Positions 13,770-27,049 of a DNA stretch of 64,000 bases are shown piece after piece; the stretch's first letter is position 1, and each line of letters opens with the position of its first letter. The stretch is from Eledone cirrhosa (lineage: Eukaryota). Made by a program: the position numbers and the translations under genes. The notes beneath the pieces are model-generated. The model had not been told where the DNA came from, searched no databases, and worked only from the letters and a program-made list of their open reading frames with translations. The stretch covers positions 314,712,001-314,776,000 of the forward strand of contig OZ024741.1 in NCBI GenBank assembly GCA_964016885.1, read 5' to 3'.

Positions 13770-13955
13770 TAACGAAGGAAATGTGGTAAGGAACCAGGTG
13801 GACCATAACGCACCAATGTACTCAATACTTAGGGTAGTAGAGTAGGTAATAGGAACGAGTAGGACCCTGACGGCTGAGCTCAAGCCGTTTCGACGGCTAA
13901 TTCAGAAACGTCGAAACGGCTTGAGCTCAGCCGTCGGGGTCCTACAATTTCCTAT
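13769..13955. mobile_element. Hairpin-ended repeat (family H) within (TA)n; made of inverted 3' halves of an HHR
   Basis: Same family as 48277-48491 and 51161-51270. Palindrome taggaccctgacggctgagctcaagccgtttcgacg...cgtcgaaacggcttgagctcagccgtcggggtccta. Confidence 0.75.
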
Positions 13956-13971
13956 ATATAAATATATAAAC

Positions 13972-14095
<124 letters not shown>

Positions 14096-14109
14096 GTGTA
14101 ATCGCTAGC

Positions 14110-14300
14110 ACATCTGGCGAAATGCTTAGCAGTACTTCTTCCGTGTTTACGTTCTTAGTTCAAATTGCGTCGTTTTCACCTTTGCCTTTCATCCTTTTGG
14201 GGCAATAAATTAAGTACCAGTTGTGAATTATGATCGATGTAATCGACGGATCCCTAAACCCCAAATTTCATGCCTTGTGCCTATAGTAGAAATTATTGTA
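14110..14300 (+). mobile_element. tRNA-derived SINE (family A, diverged)
   Basis: gttcaaatt...ctttgcctttcatcctttt...aaattaagtaccagt...ccttgtgcctatagtagaaa. Confidence 0.7.
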
Positions 14301-14400
14301 ACTGGTGAAAATCATCACCCACCACAACGTTTGGCCCACTGTGCCTCTCCCCCAGGACGTAATGTTTCGTTTATGTCCCTGAGTTTGAGACTCCTCTTCT

Positions 14401-14449
<49 letters not shown>

Positions 14450-14469
14450 CACTTTACTTTTTTTCTGTC

Positions 14470-14712
14470 TCTGGATTACGCGCACGCTGGAGCATCACCT
14501 TGGTAAATTATGGGTACGTCAACAAATCAACACGCATTGGTGGGATGGCAAACACAAACGCAAAGACACACACAGACATATATACATATATACGACGTGC
14601 TGCTGATAGTTTTGGTCTATCAAATCCCCCGACATGGTTTGGTCGGCTCGGGCAGTGGGACTGAACCCGGAAACATGTGTTTGGGAAGCAAGCTTCTTGT
14701 CGCACTCCGTAT
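14470..14712 (-). mobile_element. tRNA-derived SINE (family B), decayed
   Basis: The minus strand reads aagaagcttgcttcccaaacacatg..ccgggttcagtcccactgc, a tRNA-like head, followed by a gtcgtatatatgtatatatgtctgtgtgtgtctttgcgtttgtgtttg body. Confidence 0.6.
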
Positions 14713-14732
14713 ATATATTTGCCAATGTTCTG

Positions 14733-16417
14733 CAACGGGAAGCTCAGAGACGTGCAGTGTTCCGCAATGCAAGGCAGTGTGTCAATGCAAATCAGGATGT
14801 TGTTGGAGATAAGTGTGTACGGAATGATACCGGTGTACTTAGTGTCACGAATGATCAAAAAAAGGAAGCCAGGAGATGTCATTATGAGAGACTGATGAAT
14901 GTGGAGAACGAATGGGACAGAGAGAAATTACCCCCAGTAGAACCGACAGAGGGACCAGCTCTTGAGATTGACGAATATAGGGTACAAGAGGCAATTAAGA
15001 AAATGAAGAATGGTAAGGCTGCTGGAACGTCGGGGGTAGTTGCTGAGATGCTGAAGGCATCAGGAAAAGTAGGCACTAAACTTGTTGCACGCATCATTAA
15101 TCAAGCTGTATATGGTGGTATCATACCCAAAGACTGGTGCAGCAGTATTCTCATAAATTGCTACAAATATGAAGGGGATGCTCTAGAGAGGAGCAGTTAT
15201 GGGGTCATAAAGCTGATGGATCAGGTTATGAAAGTGGCAGAGAGAATATTAGCGCAACTGATTAGAGAAAGGGTCAAATTAGATGAGATGCAGTTTGGTT
15301 TTTGTGCCTCGGAAAAGTACAACAGAAGCTCTCTTTTTGGGGAGGCAACTACAAGAGAGGGTCTTAGAGAAGAATAAGCCACTATACTTAGCTTTTGTTG
15401 ACTTAGAGAAGGCCTTTGATAGGGTACTCCGATCTGTCATCTGCTGGTCCCTAAGGAAACTAAGTGTAGCGGAATGGCTTGTGAGGACAGTGCAAGATAT
15501 GTACAGGGGTGCTGTCAGTGAAGTGAGAATAGGAATGGAGTTTAGTGAGGAATTCCAGATACAAGTAGGTGTACATCAAGGTTCGGTCCTCAGCCCGCTC
15601 TTGTTCATTATAGTCCTCCAAGCCATAACGGAGGAGTTTAAGAATGGCTGCCCATGGGAACTTCTCTATGCTGATGATCTGGTTCTTATAGCAGAATAAG
15701 TAGAGGAGCTAGAGAATAAATTCTGGCCATGGAAACATCAGCTGGAATCAAGAGGCCTGAGAGGAAACATAGCTAAAACAAGTGTTGATAAGTAGAAGAG
15801 AGGACAATGCTCTGATTCCATCGGGAAAATGGCCATGTTTCATATGTAGGAAAGGAGCTGGCATAAATTGCATAAAATGTAAGCAATGCACATCTTGGGC
15901 ACACAAGAGATGTAGTAGGATAGCAGGCAAACTAACAGGTAGGGAAAACTACGTATGCAGTAGATGTACAGGGAAAGTTGGCAGTAGTAATCGCAGTTTT
16001 TTCCAATGCAGGTGGGTTCTATAGAAGTGGTTGATAGTTTCCGGTATTTATGTGATTAGATTAGCATGAGGGGGTGGGCGTATTTTGAGGCCATAGTATC
16101 TACAATAATGACGGGTTGGAAGAAGTTTAGTGAGCTGCTTCCTCTGTTGACAAAGAAGGGTTTCTCCCTACGTACGAAAGGACGGTTATATAATGCCTGT
16201 GTGAGATGCGTGATTCTGAATGGTAGTGATACATGGGAAGCAACTGCAGAAGATATGTGACAGCAGGAGAGAAATGAAGCAATTATGATAAGATCGTTGA
16301 ATCTCACCGAGGAGATGAAGGACCGTGACAAATGGAGATATGCTTTACTGACTCCAACTCTTGCAATCCAACCCTTGCAATCAGGGAAAAGCGAACGTAA
16401 AATGATGATGATGATGA
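14733..16417 (+). mobile_element. 5'-truncated RTE-clade LINE, decayed; same family as 4993-6475
   Basis: MKNGKAAG, LAFVDLEKAFDRV, GVHQGSVLSPLLF, WELLYADDLVL and CFICRKG motifs, with an (ATG)n tail. Confidence 0.92.
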
Positions 16418-16827
16418 TTATATATATAGAGCAAACATCACGGGCGTTCTATCTCAAAATTATTTTTCAAAAGCATTAGAAATGCGCAACCGGTAAAAAC
16501 TTAAAACTAAAACTGAATACTAACCAATACTTATTACTAATTTATACTTATTCCTAATTAAACTATTTGTCACTGGGAAAAATTTGTCAGCATTTTCTTT
16601 TCCTTTTACTAATATATATATATATATATTTATACTTGGGGAGGGTCATATTTGTGTAATATCGCCAGAATTAATAACAGAACACACTCACTGTTTAGTT
16701 GGTTTTCGCTTTTCGCTTCTGTGTCTTTTATATCGGTAATATAATTTATTCCGTCCTCAATGTTGCCATTGACTGACCAACGGTCAAAAATAATACAGAT
16801 ACAATATAGACACAAACACATATATAT

Positions 16828-17134
16828 AGTTTATCAAAGTTCTTTCGTAGCACATCTGCAACATCGTCAGTGGTGCTATAGATTCCTCCCGTTACATTGT
16901 ATGTCTACGCCATCTTTATTTAGTCTGTTTATATATTTATTTATTTATTTGTTTGTTTGTTTATTTTATTTTGTCTTCTTTGCGCATGCGTTTGCGTGTG
17001 TGTATAGTGATTTGTTTGATGTGTGATCGTAATTGGGTGACTGTGTATTGGTTAATGTATTCTATCTTTACTAGTTTGTGTTTATATGTGTTTGTTGTTA
17101 TTGTGCTTGTGTATGTATTTATTTATTTATCTAT

Positions 17135-17181
<47 letters not shown>

Positions 17182-19026
17182 TACTTCTCTTAGCTCAGTG
17201 TTGTTTGTTTGGGTGTTGTTGTTATTCCATTCATTCTTTCTGTTTAGTCTTGGCCTTCTAAGTTCTATTTCACAGACCTCTCTGATTTGCCGATCTGCTG
17301 GGTCATTTCTATGTTTAGATATTATTCTAATTTCTATGTTGTCTATGTTACCGTCGTGTTGTTGTTTGGCATGTTCGTATAGTACTGAACCGTTTTTTCG
17401 TCCTTTTAGTTCCCCCCAGTGTTTGTCTATCCTATCACCTATGCTACGAGCTGTCTCGCCTATGTATGTTGTCATGTTTCTGCAAGTACCCTCTGTACAT
17501 CTTATGCTATAGACTACGTTTCTAGTTTTACAGTTTATCCGGGTGTTTACCTTACATATGATACATTTCCTATTAGTACAGTGGGTTTTCTTAAAAGGGT
17601 ATGTTTTGCTGATCAGGGATTTTATGGTGGTTCCTGGCTTTTCTACCACCTTAATCTTTTCTACCACCTTAATCATGGCCTTTCTACACTGGTTAGCGAA
17701 TTTCCCTCCAGGGGTAGCGTCCACAAACATGACACTCTGGTATCTCTGGTTGTCGTACCATGAGGTGGCTTTCCCTATCTTATGTCTAGCCCTATCTAAC
17801 ATACTCCAGGATTTTCTCCTGTATAATGGGAAAATTCCTTTCACGTCCAGTTCTATGAGGGTCTTATACTTCTCCATGGCTCCTTCGTATACTCTGAATC
17901 TGTCTCTTTGGTTGTATCCAGAGAACTGCATGCGGTTGATGAAGTGTTGGATGTGTCTTTCCATTTCTGTTGGTTCGCACATGCGGGACACATTCTTCAT
18001 CACTCGTACCAAATCTGCGATCAGAATATTATACTTAGCAGTACTGGACATTGCTGAGTTTTTTAGTATAAGGTATTTGGAGGCCATGGGTTTAGCATAG
18101 TGTGAGTGGAGAATTTGGGCTCTCTCGTCTATAGTGTTAATCCAGATTTCCATGTCTAATACAGGTAGACTATTGTTAGGGTGTTTGGAAGAGTAGTCGA
18201 TAGTTACAGTTATACTCTGGTGTATGGAATTAGCTATCTGCTGGATGCTTTCGATTGTGCTACGTTCTAAATCAAACTTCTTAGTGCTCTCTAGTGGGGA
18301 TGTTCTTATAACTTTATTGATATCGTCTACGTAACGAGAGTACATGATGAGGTCTATGGAGCTCTCATTAAGGAGATCTTTAAGTCTCCTTTCCCACCAT
18401 ACCATAAAAAGGTTGGCCACATCACCAGCTATGCTGACGCCAATGGCTGCTCCCTCATTTTGGGTGTAGATCTTCTCGTTGAACTTGAATATGTGGCCCT
18501 TTAGGGTAGTTTTGATACTAGCCCCTATTGTATGTGCGACCATTTTTCTGACCTGATCATTGTTTTGGGGGGTCCGTATAGCTTTGGTTCACCCAATCTA
18601 CCTTCACATTAGAGTCTTTTTTACCATGGAGGTTATGCTGGGGGATCTACCTCTTATGGGTCTACTAGGGCAGAAACGTCTAAGGTCATGGCTGTCTAGG
18701 TAGTCAGTGTCGTATGTAAGTCTAAGTAGGAGGCCCAGTTCGTCTGTGTCGACGTCGCAGAACTCCACCTCACTCTCAATGATCATCTCCACACATCTTT
18801 CCACAGCAAAATCAATGTTAATGTATGGGTACAGTGATACCACGTCCATGCTGCATATTATGCAGTTGGATAGGTTCCTGTTTTTGTTGCACTCACTGAT
18901 TCTGCTGAGGATGTCCTCTGTACTGCCACATACATCTGGGGACATCTTGATTATGGGGCGTATAACCATTGAGAGGAAGTAGGAGATCCTGTAGTTGCTA
19001 GCTATATTAGCAACAACCTGTCCCAT
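16828..19026 (-). mobile_element. Penelope-like element (RT plus C-terminal GIY-YIG), 5'-truncated, with 3' pseudo-LTR
   Basis: ORFs 18604..19026 and 17179..18543 contain SMDVVSLYP, YTQNEGAAIG, YSRYVDDI, NVVYSIRC...TYIGET and LNRKNEW. Confidence 0.92.
16833..16875 (-). ncRNA. Degenerate minimal HHR in the PLE pseudo-LTR
   Basis: Minus strand ca-CTGACGA-tgttgca gatg tgctac-GAAA-gaac-TT-tg. Core boxes are intact but stems I and III are eroded. Confidence 0.55.
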
Positions 19027-19573
19027 GGTCGGGTCGTTGGCGACTAAACTGGCAACCCCACCAAGGTTTCTTGGTGAAGAGGGTGACTTTGGACATCCTG
19101 CAGGATTTTAAAAAAAACTGTCAAAAAGCAAAGGAGCTCTTAAGAGTCAATGGCCATCCAAAATCACCGGGAGAGATGACCTCTTAGCCTTTGTCAAGGC
19201 AGAATTCTAGGAGAAGGAAAACTCTGATATAACACCTGCAACCCTGATGGTATCCAATGATGTTGACTTGTTCTTCTTTTTGGTTAATATCATCTTGGTT
19301 AAGAGAGTGGGACTGACTTTGTGCAGTGACTTTGCTCACTATAAAAGCTTCACGGCACAGGTATTGCTTTATATCTGGAGATCTCTCTGCACTTGTCGTC
19401 ACATGGTACCATGGGCCCAGCACTATGTGTCAATATTTGTCACAAGTGTAGTGTTTGTACCAGAGTTTTCAAGTCGCTGGCTGGACTAAAAAGTCACACT
19501 CGTTCAGCGCATCGGTAGGGGTTCTCCTACATGGATATAAAGTAATGGCCGTACTTGAAAACGAGTGGGCAGC

Positions 19574-19665
<92 letters not shown>

Positions 19666-19991
19666 CTACATACATACATATATATACATACATACATTTA
19701 CGTTTGTGTATAACTATACATTTATATATTAGAATTTTATATTTATATGTGTATATATGTGACATAATTTATATTTGTTTGGTAAGGAGAAAATTGTTTC
19801 TCCAGATTTTATTACCTAGGGAGATTAACTACAACAAACTTTCAACCTCATCTAACACCAACGCCGGCCTGTGTTTGTATACGTGCGTACGTGTTTATGC
19901 ATGTATGTATGTATGTATGCATGTATGTATGTATGTATGCATGTATGTATGTATGTATGTATGTATGTATGTATGTATGTATGTATGTATG

Positions 19992-22066
19992 TTCTTCTGG
20001 TTTTATAATTTCACAAAGTTTTACCAATAGAGAGAGAGTCGGTTTCTAACATAGACACAAGACTCTCTCATTGGAATTTACACAACATCAACTAGGTAGA
20101 TATGTATGTATGTCTGCATGCATGCATGTGTAGATATGGATGTTATTGTATGTGTGGATGTGTATGTTTTGAGTTGTATGTGTGCATGTGTATATGCTTT
20201 GTATCTGTACATGTGTATATGCAGTTATTAGATGCAACATTGTTGGAATGTTTTACATATTTTTACTGTTCCATTAATGGATTGTACTTGTAATTTCCTA
20301 ACTAGTTGTGGTCTTTCTGTTCCTGTGAAGCCTAGCTTCTCAAGATTTGTATTGAGGCAGTTACTAACATATCCCAGTGCCCCAATAATCACAGGCATAA
20401 ATCTGAAGGTGTAATCAGGGTGGAGTATCTGCAGATTTCTCATCAGTTCTGCATAAATATTCTCCTTTTCACTAATCTTTGATATTATATTGGCATCTGC
20501 TGGGCAGCGAATTTCCACTACTGTGCATGTTTTCTTCTCCCTGTCCCATATCATAATATCTGGTCTGTTATGCCTGCATTTTATTGGGGTTTTTACTGGA
20601 ACATTCCACCAGTACTCTTTCATAATATGTACATGGATGTCTTCCACATTGTTGTAGCTTTTAATGTGTTTATCATCGGGGCTATCTTTTTTACGAACTG
20701 CATTGTACAGTGTTTTGGCTGCTACATCATGCCTCATAGGTAGATAGTACCGCGATTTCATCTTTGGGCAGCTTCTGATGACATGGGTGATATCCTCGAT
20801 GTTAGTTCGGCAGAGTCTGCACTTGTTATCACATCTAGATGTTTTGCTTGCATCCCTATCTCTTTTGTGAATCAGGTATTTCGTGATAATCTCCTGTTCT
20901 TGGATTGCAAAAGCGTATCCTTCAAAGTGGGAGCCAATATAGCGGTTGTTGGTCCAAGATACACTATTTTGTTTATCTATATTACTCTCACTCTGGAGCT
21001 TCCTGGCAACATATCCATGCATGATTTTTTGCTGATAGGCATGCAGTTTTTCATCCATGGATTCACTGCGAAACTGCTGAGCGACATCCCTGGGTCTGAG
21101 TTTTTGATTATCACACAGGGAATATCTCTCAAGGAGTTCCTTCCCAACTCTCATTATCTTATCTGTTTCATGCAGATAGACTTGCTCAAGAAGCGGGCTC
21201 CTACGCTTCGAGGTTCGTAGATGTTGTCGGAGAGATATGATGCGACATTCAAATGTTGTCTGGACTGATGTTAGGCCTCTGCCTCCCTGCCTACGTTTCA
21301 AGTAAAGGCGGTCTATGTCACTGTTAATGTGGAAGTTTCCGGTGTTGTTCAGTATTTTTCGAGTTCCAACATCAACTGCTCGGATTTCGTCTATCGTCCA
21401 ATTGAGTATTCCAAACGTTGGTGTTAGGACAGGCGCAGCAAACACATTGTGAGCCACTGTTTTGTTTTGCGCAGAGAGTTCCGATGACCAGATCTTTCTT
21501 AATCGGGTGTAGTATTCCCTGGTTACGCGTTCTTTATTACAGATACCATTATAGGATATGTTCTCATCTATCCCCAGGTATCTGTAGCAGTCCTCATCAG
21601 ATATCGGTGAAACAGTTAGACCATTGATGACAATGTTGCTAGATTGGGTTGTTGTTTTTCCCCGCTTTACAGTCATGTATGAGCATTTATCTTGGCCAAA
21701 CTCCATTCCTATATCCTTTGAGAACGTTGTAACCAGGTCCAGATTTTTCTTCATCCCATCCATGTTCTTGGCATAGAGTTTCAGATCGTCCACAAAGAAG
21801 TTATGGGTTAGGTTCATATTTCTGTCCTCCTGTGAGCCAATGATGTATCCCTCACATTTCTTGAGCAGAAAGGACAAGGGGTTTAATGACAAGATGAACA
21901 ATATCACAGAGAGACTGTCCCCCTGAAATATACCCCTGCAATATTTTATTTTATCAGTGAAAATGGAGTCCTCCCTCTATGTCTTTAATCTTAGGATAGT
22001 AGCCCAAGAAGAAGACAGCCTCTCTATGGCTCTGACAATAATGTCTGGGACTTTAGCAAGTTGGAG
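19992..22066 (-). mobile_element. 5'-truncated R4/Dong-like non-LTR retrotransposon (RT, CCHC and restriction-like endonuclease) flanked by (CATA)n
   Basis: The 559-aa ORF 20228..21907 contains FFVDDLKLY, GGRGL, CRLC..EDITHVIRSC, RHD and NRPDI..VVEI. GIFQGDSLS lies just upstream in frame. Confidence 0.92.
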
Positions 22067-23857
22067 TATGTATGTATGTATGTATGTATGTATGTATGTA
22101 TGTGCATATGCATGCGTGTGTATTTTCGTATATATGTATATGTATATACCCACACCTTTCATCACCATTGCTTCTTTTTCTTGTCATATCTGTTGTAGTT
22201 GTTCTTGTAACTATTGTCATAGTTGACGTTGCCCTTAGTTTCATTTTCTTTGATTTCTTTCGTTTTAATTTTATCTGTCTAAGGAATTCGTTGACAAGCT
22301 TCTTTTATTTATTTTCTTCGTTTTCTTCATTCAAATGCATTCACACTAGCTGTCTCAGAGATATACAAATATGGCTTATAAAATTTACCAAAGTAAAGAG
22401 CCTTCCAGCGTCCCCAAAGGTTCAAACGCCCCTAACGACCCATTGCTCCCAGACACCTCTCTTGGAGCTCCGAAACACCTCCGGGGCTTTATATGACCCC
22501 CGCTGGTTGAGAACCTTTTGGGTTAGCCAGATAGCATATTTAATTGTATAATAAAAATCATCGATTTGGATGATGACCAAACAATTCCAATGGGGATGTA
22601 ATTGTTTAAAACTGATGCAGGATAAACAGATAATTTGAAGAACACCATTCAAGGACACATATTTTAGGGAGAGCTAGATGTAAATATATCAAGCTCCTAC
22701 TCATAGAAATGTTGTCAGGGACAAAAGAATGGAAGTCAAGTTTCTACTGAATGAGATATAAACTGTGTATGTGAAAGGATATATGTCATTACAACATGTC
22801 CTTAAGAAAAGTGCGCTACCGCCTCTGCTAACCAAAACCTTTCGGAAATTAAATAATATCCTAATTATGAAGAAACCAAATGTAATATTCTATTATAACT
22901 TTTCACTACTACATTAGTTCATGCTCAAACCCATCTGGAGATAATTTCCTGTTTAATAACTGTATAATTCACTGGAGTTGAGGTTTACTAATTTTATCAC
23001 ACTTCAGTTGTTGTTTAGGCTCAGGTCAGTCATAACTAAGGGCACCTATCTTCAAAAAGATTTTATTCATCACCATACAAACATTTAGGTGCCTTACGAA
23101 CAAAAATATGTGCTTTTGACAGCTTTCTTTAGCAGTTCGAACGGCCAAAAAGAAAGTTTCCCATCCCCACTTTTAATAAATATGTTAACCATTCAAATAA
23201 CTTTCTAACAAATAGATTTTCAGAATCAATTAGATATACCCAGGTCTCAGACCTTTGTATCTGGCAGGTTTTGACTGATACAAGACACTGAAATACATTT
23301 ACCTCATGCATTGTCCTTATTCAATAGATAATGTTATAGATATTATCTCAATAACTATATATTTCCCAAACCCAATTAAAATAAAATTTAAAGTATGGGA
23401 TAACACTCAATCTGATGAACTCTCAGCCAAGTAACATCAAATATATTATCCAGAAACCTAATTATGTAAGAAGATTAGCAATTTTTTAAACAGTTACCAA
23501 TTTGCATCAACACTGATATATGTACCATTGCCTATAAGAAATATGACTTACATGGCCCCGATAATATAAACTGGCATGATATATGTATTGAGAAACCGAA
23601 CAGATTAGAAACCGAACGGATAGAAGAATATTACTAATTCTATCGACTAATCAGTAGCGGTGAAAATCACATTCGTATCAGAACATAAATGAGTGAAAAT
23701 GAATGACACAAGAACATATTTTATATTGGTTAAAATAATTATCTTACCTAGGTTAATTGTTTCAATTATATAAGAATGGAGGAATTAGATTGTTCGATGA
23801 GAATATCTCTCTGGAAATTATTAATGATACGAGAAGTTGCCTTCGGTGAGAAGTAAA

Positions 23858-24037
23858 TAATTGTTTCTACTTTTTGGCATAAGGCCAGCAATTATCCCAG
23901 TGTATTACTGGTACTTTATTTTATCGACCCCGTAAGGATGAAAGGCAAAATTAACCTCCGCGGGATTTGAACTCAGACCATAAAGGGCCGTAATCTTTGC
24001 TGAAAAGCATGGCGTCCGACCATCTACCGTTACTGCC
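23858..24037 (-). mobile_element. tRNA-derived SINE (family A)
   Basis: Reverse complement of the 3630 and 38275 SINE. Confidence 0.8.
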
Positions 24038-24391
24038 GTAAATAATGTGTTATAGATATGACTGAATATGAGATTGTGATCAAGATGTCATTACCTCGTC
24101 AATTATTTTTATTTTGTTAAATACAATGTGATTTAATAATTTTTAAATTTCCATTTGCTGTAATAAAATTAATAATTAATTTGTAATTTAACTGTAACAT
24201 GCTTTTTTGTCGTAACCTGAAAAACATAACTATGTTCTAGTTCTCACTTTTACCACCCACTTGTTCAAAATATAGCTATTCTCATAGAAACAAGGTATCA
24301 TGAGTGTACAAACATAGGGATGCGGTAGAGTAAACATAATACGTTGTAATTAGGATACATAATAAATTGTAATTAATTACATCAGTTTCAG

Positions 24392-24590
24392 GAGGAAAAT
24401 TGGGACAAATAAAAACAGAGGAGCTCAGCGAAGAAAAAAAAACAGAGGAAAAGCCAATCGAAAGAAAAGAAAACAGGCAGAGAAAAAGACAGCGAGAAAG
24501 ACAGCGAAAAAGACAGCGAAAAAGACAGCGAAAAAGACGAAAGAAAAGACAGGAAATTAGACCAACTAAATGATATTTCTAAAGACACGG
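24392..24590 (+). other. Candidate spliced exon, probably non-coding or decayed, followed by a 95-nt intron and an acceptor at 24685
   Basis: tttcAG| ... ACACGG|GTGAGT donor, then a ttttttttgttacAG acceptor. Contains a 12-bp tandem repeat aaaagacagcga. All three frames contain a stop. Confidence 0.35.
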
Positions 24591-24972
24591 GTGAGTTGAT
24601 TGTTTTATTAACTCTTCAATGTCTATACTTAGTTTAGTAAAACTTTAATATTCTCGAAAACCAAAGAAATTTTTTTTTGTTACAGGCTTAGTTATGTGGT
24701 GATAAGGACATCCACCGAGCGAATTCCAGAGGAATCTATATTCTGGAATAAACGGACTGTATGTTGTGATTTATGTGGACACTATCGTGGAGGACGACAC
24801 GTATTTTCTTTTTAAAATCCTCTAAATTTGTATTCTGTGGCGTGTTATTGTTAGACTTAAATCGAATCTTCAATACACGCGCATATGAAATATCAGCAAG
24901 GAACGGAAATGTTACCTTACATGAGGAAACCGGAATTTCGTAGTGAACTGTTTGAAGTATAAATTTAAATAA

Positions 24973-25044
<72 letters not shown>

Positions 25045-25656
25045 ACACACACACACACACGCACACACACACACATACACACACACACACACAAACATAC
25101 ACACACACACACACACACACATACACACACATTCTCACACACACACATACACACACATGCACACGCACATATACATATATATATATATAAATACACGCAC
25201 ACGGACACACATACATAAACATACATATATAAAAAAAGAGTCAGGAACCCGACGGATGAACACCAGCCCTTTCGACAGATAAATCCGAACTAAGCCACCA
25301 TTATTAGAATGTGTGTGTGTGTGTGTGTGTGTGTGTGAGTGTGGGTGTGGGTTTGTTTATACATTTATACAAAATAACACACTTTAAAATATTCATAAGA
25401 AAATATATGATCACGTGACAACCTGTTTGCGCTTGTTTTGTTTGGGAATTCTTAATATGATGATGGGTGCATTTCGATATATTGGGTCCCACATTTATCT
25501 CTCACACACTGTTGACATGAAATATCCATCTGCACAGTGTTATAGTACAGCTATATTTATATGTATTTATATCTCTTCAAATAATAAACGCAACATATAT
25601 ATCTCGGTTTATCTATTTAGCTGCAGTTCATCTTTCCATTTGTCTATCTATCTATC

Positions 25657-26983
25657 AGAGTGCAAACTATTCATAAAAGGTCGAGAGGAGGTGGCGAACA
25701 CTTTCATAGCGTCCGTCATCTACTACCGCTTGACTGTCGTGCCTTATCCCCGTGAACAGCTCGCCAGGATGGAACGCATGTTCTTCCAGTTTCTGGAAGA
25801 ACATGCGTTCTGGTGAGGAGATCTGTCTGCTGTCAGCACCCTTCCAACGGAGAGCTGGAAATGCCGTGGCTGATGATGCGCAAATATGCACTGAGGCTGC
25901 GGCATCTCCAGGTTTACCTCACCGACCACCAACCGGTGGGGGTACCGTTTGTGAGACAGGCTTTCCCACAGCTCGTCTCGCTGACGGAGCTGCAGTTCTG
26001 GGTGAAGAAAATACCGAAAACGATGGGCGCCTGGCACATTGAATGCGCTCAGGCGCTCACAGTCTTCTGGCAAGCGGGCGCAGCAATCAGTGGAGACTCC
26101 ACTTCGACATTCTATAGAGGGATTGTACGTTACAAGGGCGACGACGTGCTCGGAGAGACTCTGGGCGTCGAAGACGATGAGCTCACCAGTCTGTTTGGTA
26201 GGACTTTCCGCCCGGGACCTATGGACAAGTTCCAGAGGTCCCTGTCCTGGCAGTGCTACCGAGGAGCTCTACCGGTTCGTGACAAGATCTACAGGCACGG
26301 ACGCCCTGGCAGGGATCCTTCCAAGAGGACGTGTCCAAGATGTGCGCAGGACATTGAAACAGTTCTGCACGCAATTGTACACTGCCGGGGCGTAAGCGAC
26401 ATGTGGAACTATGCAGAACAACTGCTGTCGCGTATGGGACAAATCCAGTTGACTGCCGAGTCCATAGTAAGGATCAAACCGCCAGACTCTTTCAAAAACG
26501 AAAGAGAGGCGGTTCGCCTCTGTACGGTGGCTATGGTGAAAGAAGTTATATGGTGGACGAGGTTGAGAGGACTGAGGACAGATGCCTTTCTCTCCGGACA
26601 ACAATTGATTCCCTTCTTTAAGTATCACTTTAGAAGGAGAATCAGGGTGGAGAGAGAGGCACTGCACGCCAGTAAATTTACTGAAAGGTGGGTGAATGAA
26701 GCGAAAATGGCCCGAGTGATTGGGCCTTCTCTGTTTATAAGCCTGTAGGTTGACGAAGAGAGCAAAAGGAAGAAAGGAGCACTTGCACAACACGCTCCTG
26801 GAGTTGAGGGTTGTTCTATCGCCGGTCTATTAAACAACCCATTTGTGGCGCCTCCCCCCTATTGGGGATTTCGATTGTTGAAATTGTTTGTTTTTATATT
26901 TTTTACACGACTGTATATAAAATCCCCGGCATGTCTTTGTATTGTCCCCTTTTCTTGTTGCGCCCTTGTGGCTAATAAAGAAA
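25657..26983 (+). mobile_element. Tx1/L1-clade LINE copy A (3' fragment)
   Basis: ORF 25813..26748 has CPRC..ETVLHAIVHC. The 3' end is cccttgtggctaataaagaaa followed by (TCTA)n. Confidence 0.88.
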
Positions 26984-27004
26984 TCTATCTATATATCTAT
27001 CTAC

Positions 27005-27046
<42 letters not shown>

Positions 27047-27049
27047 CTC

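Noticed and set aside
14345-14400. Minus-strand partial HHR (GAAGA...GAAAcattacgTC)
   Set aside because: The 5' part is lost in a microsatellite, so stem I cannot be tested.
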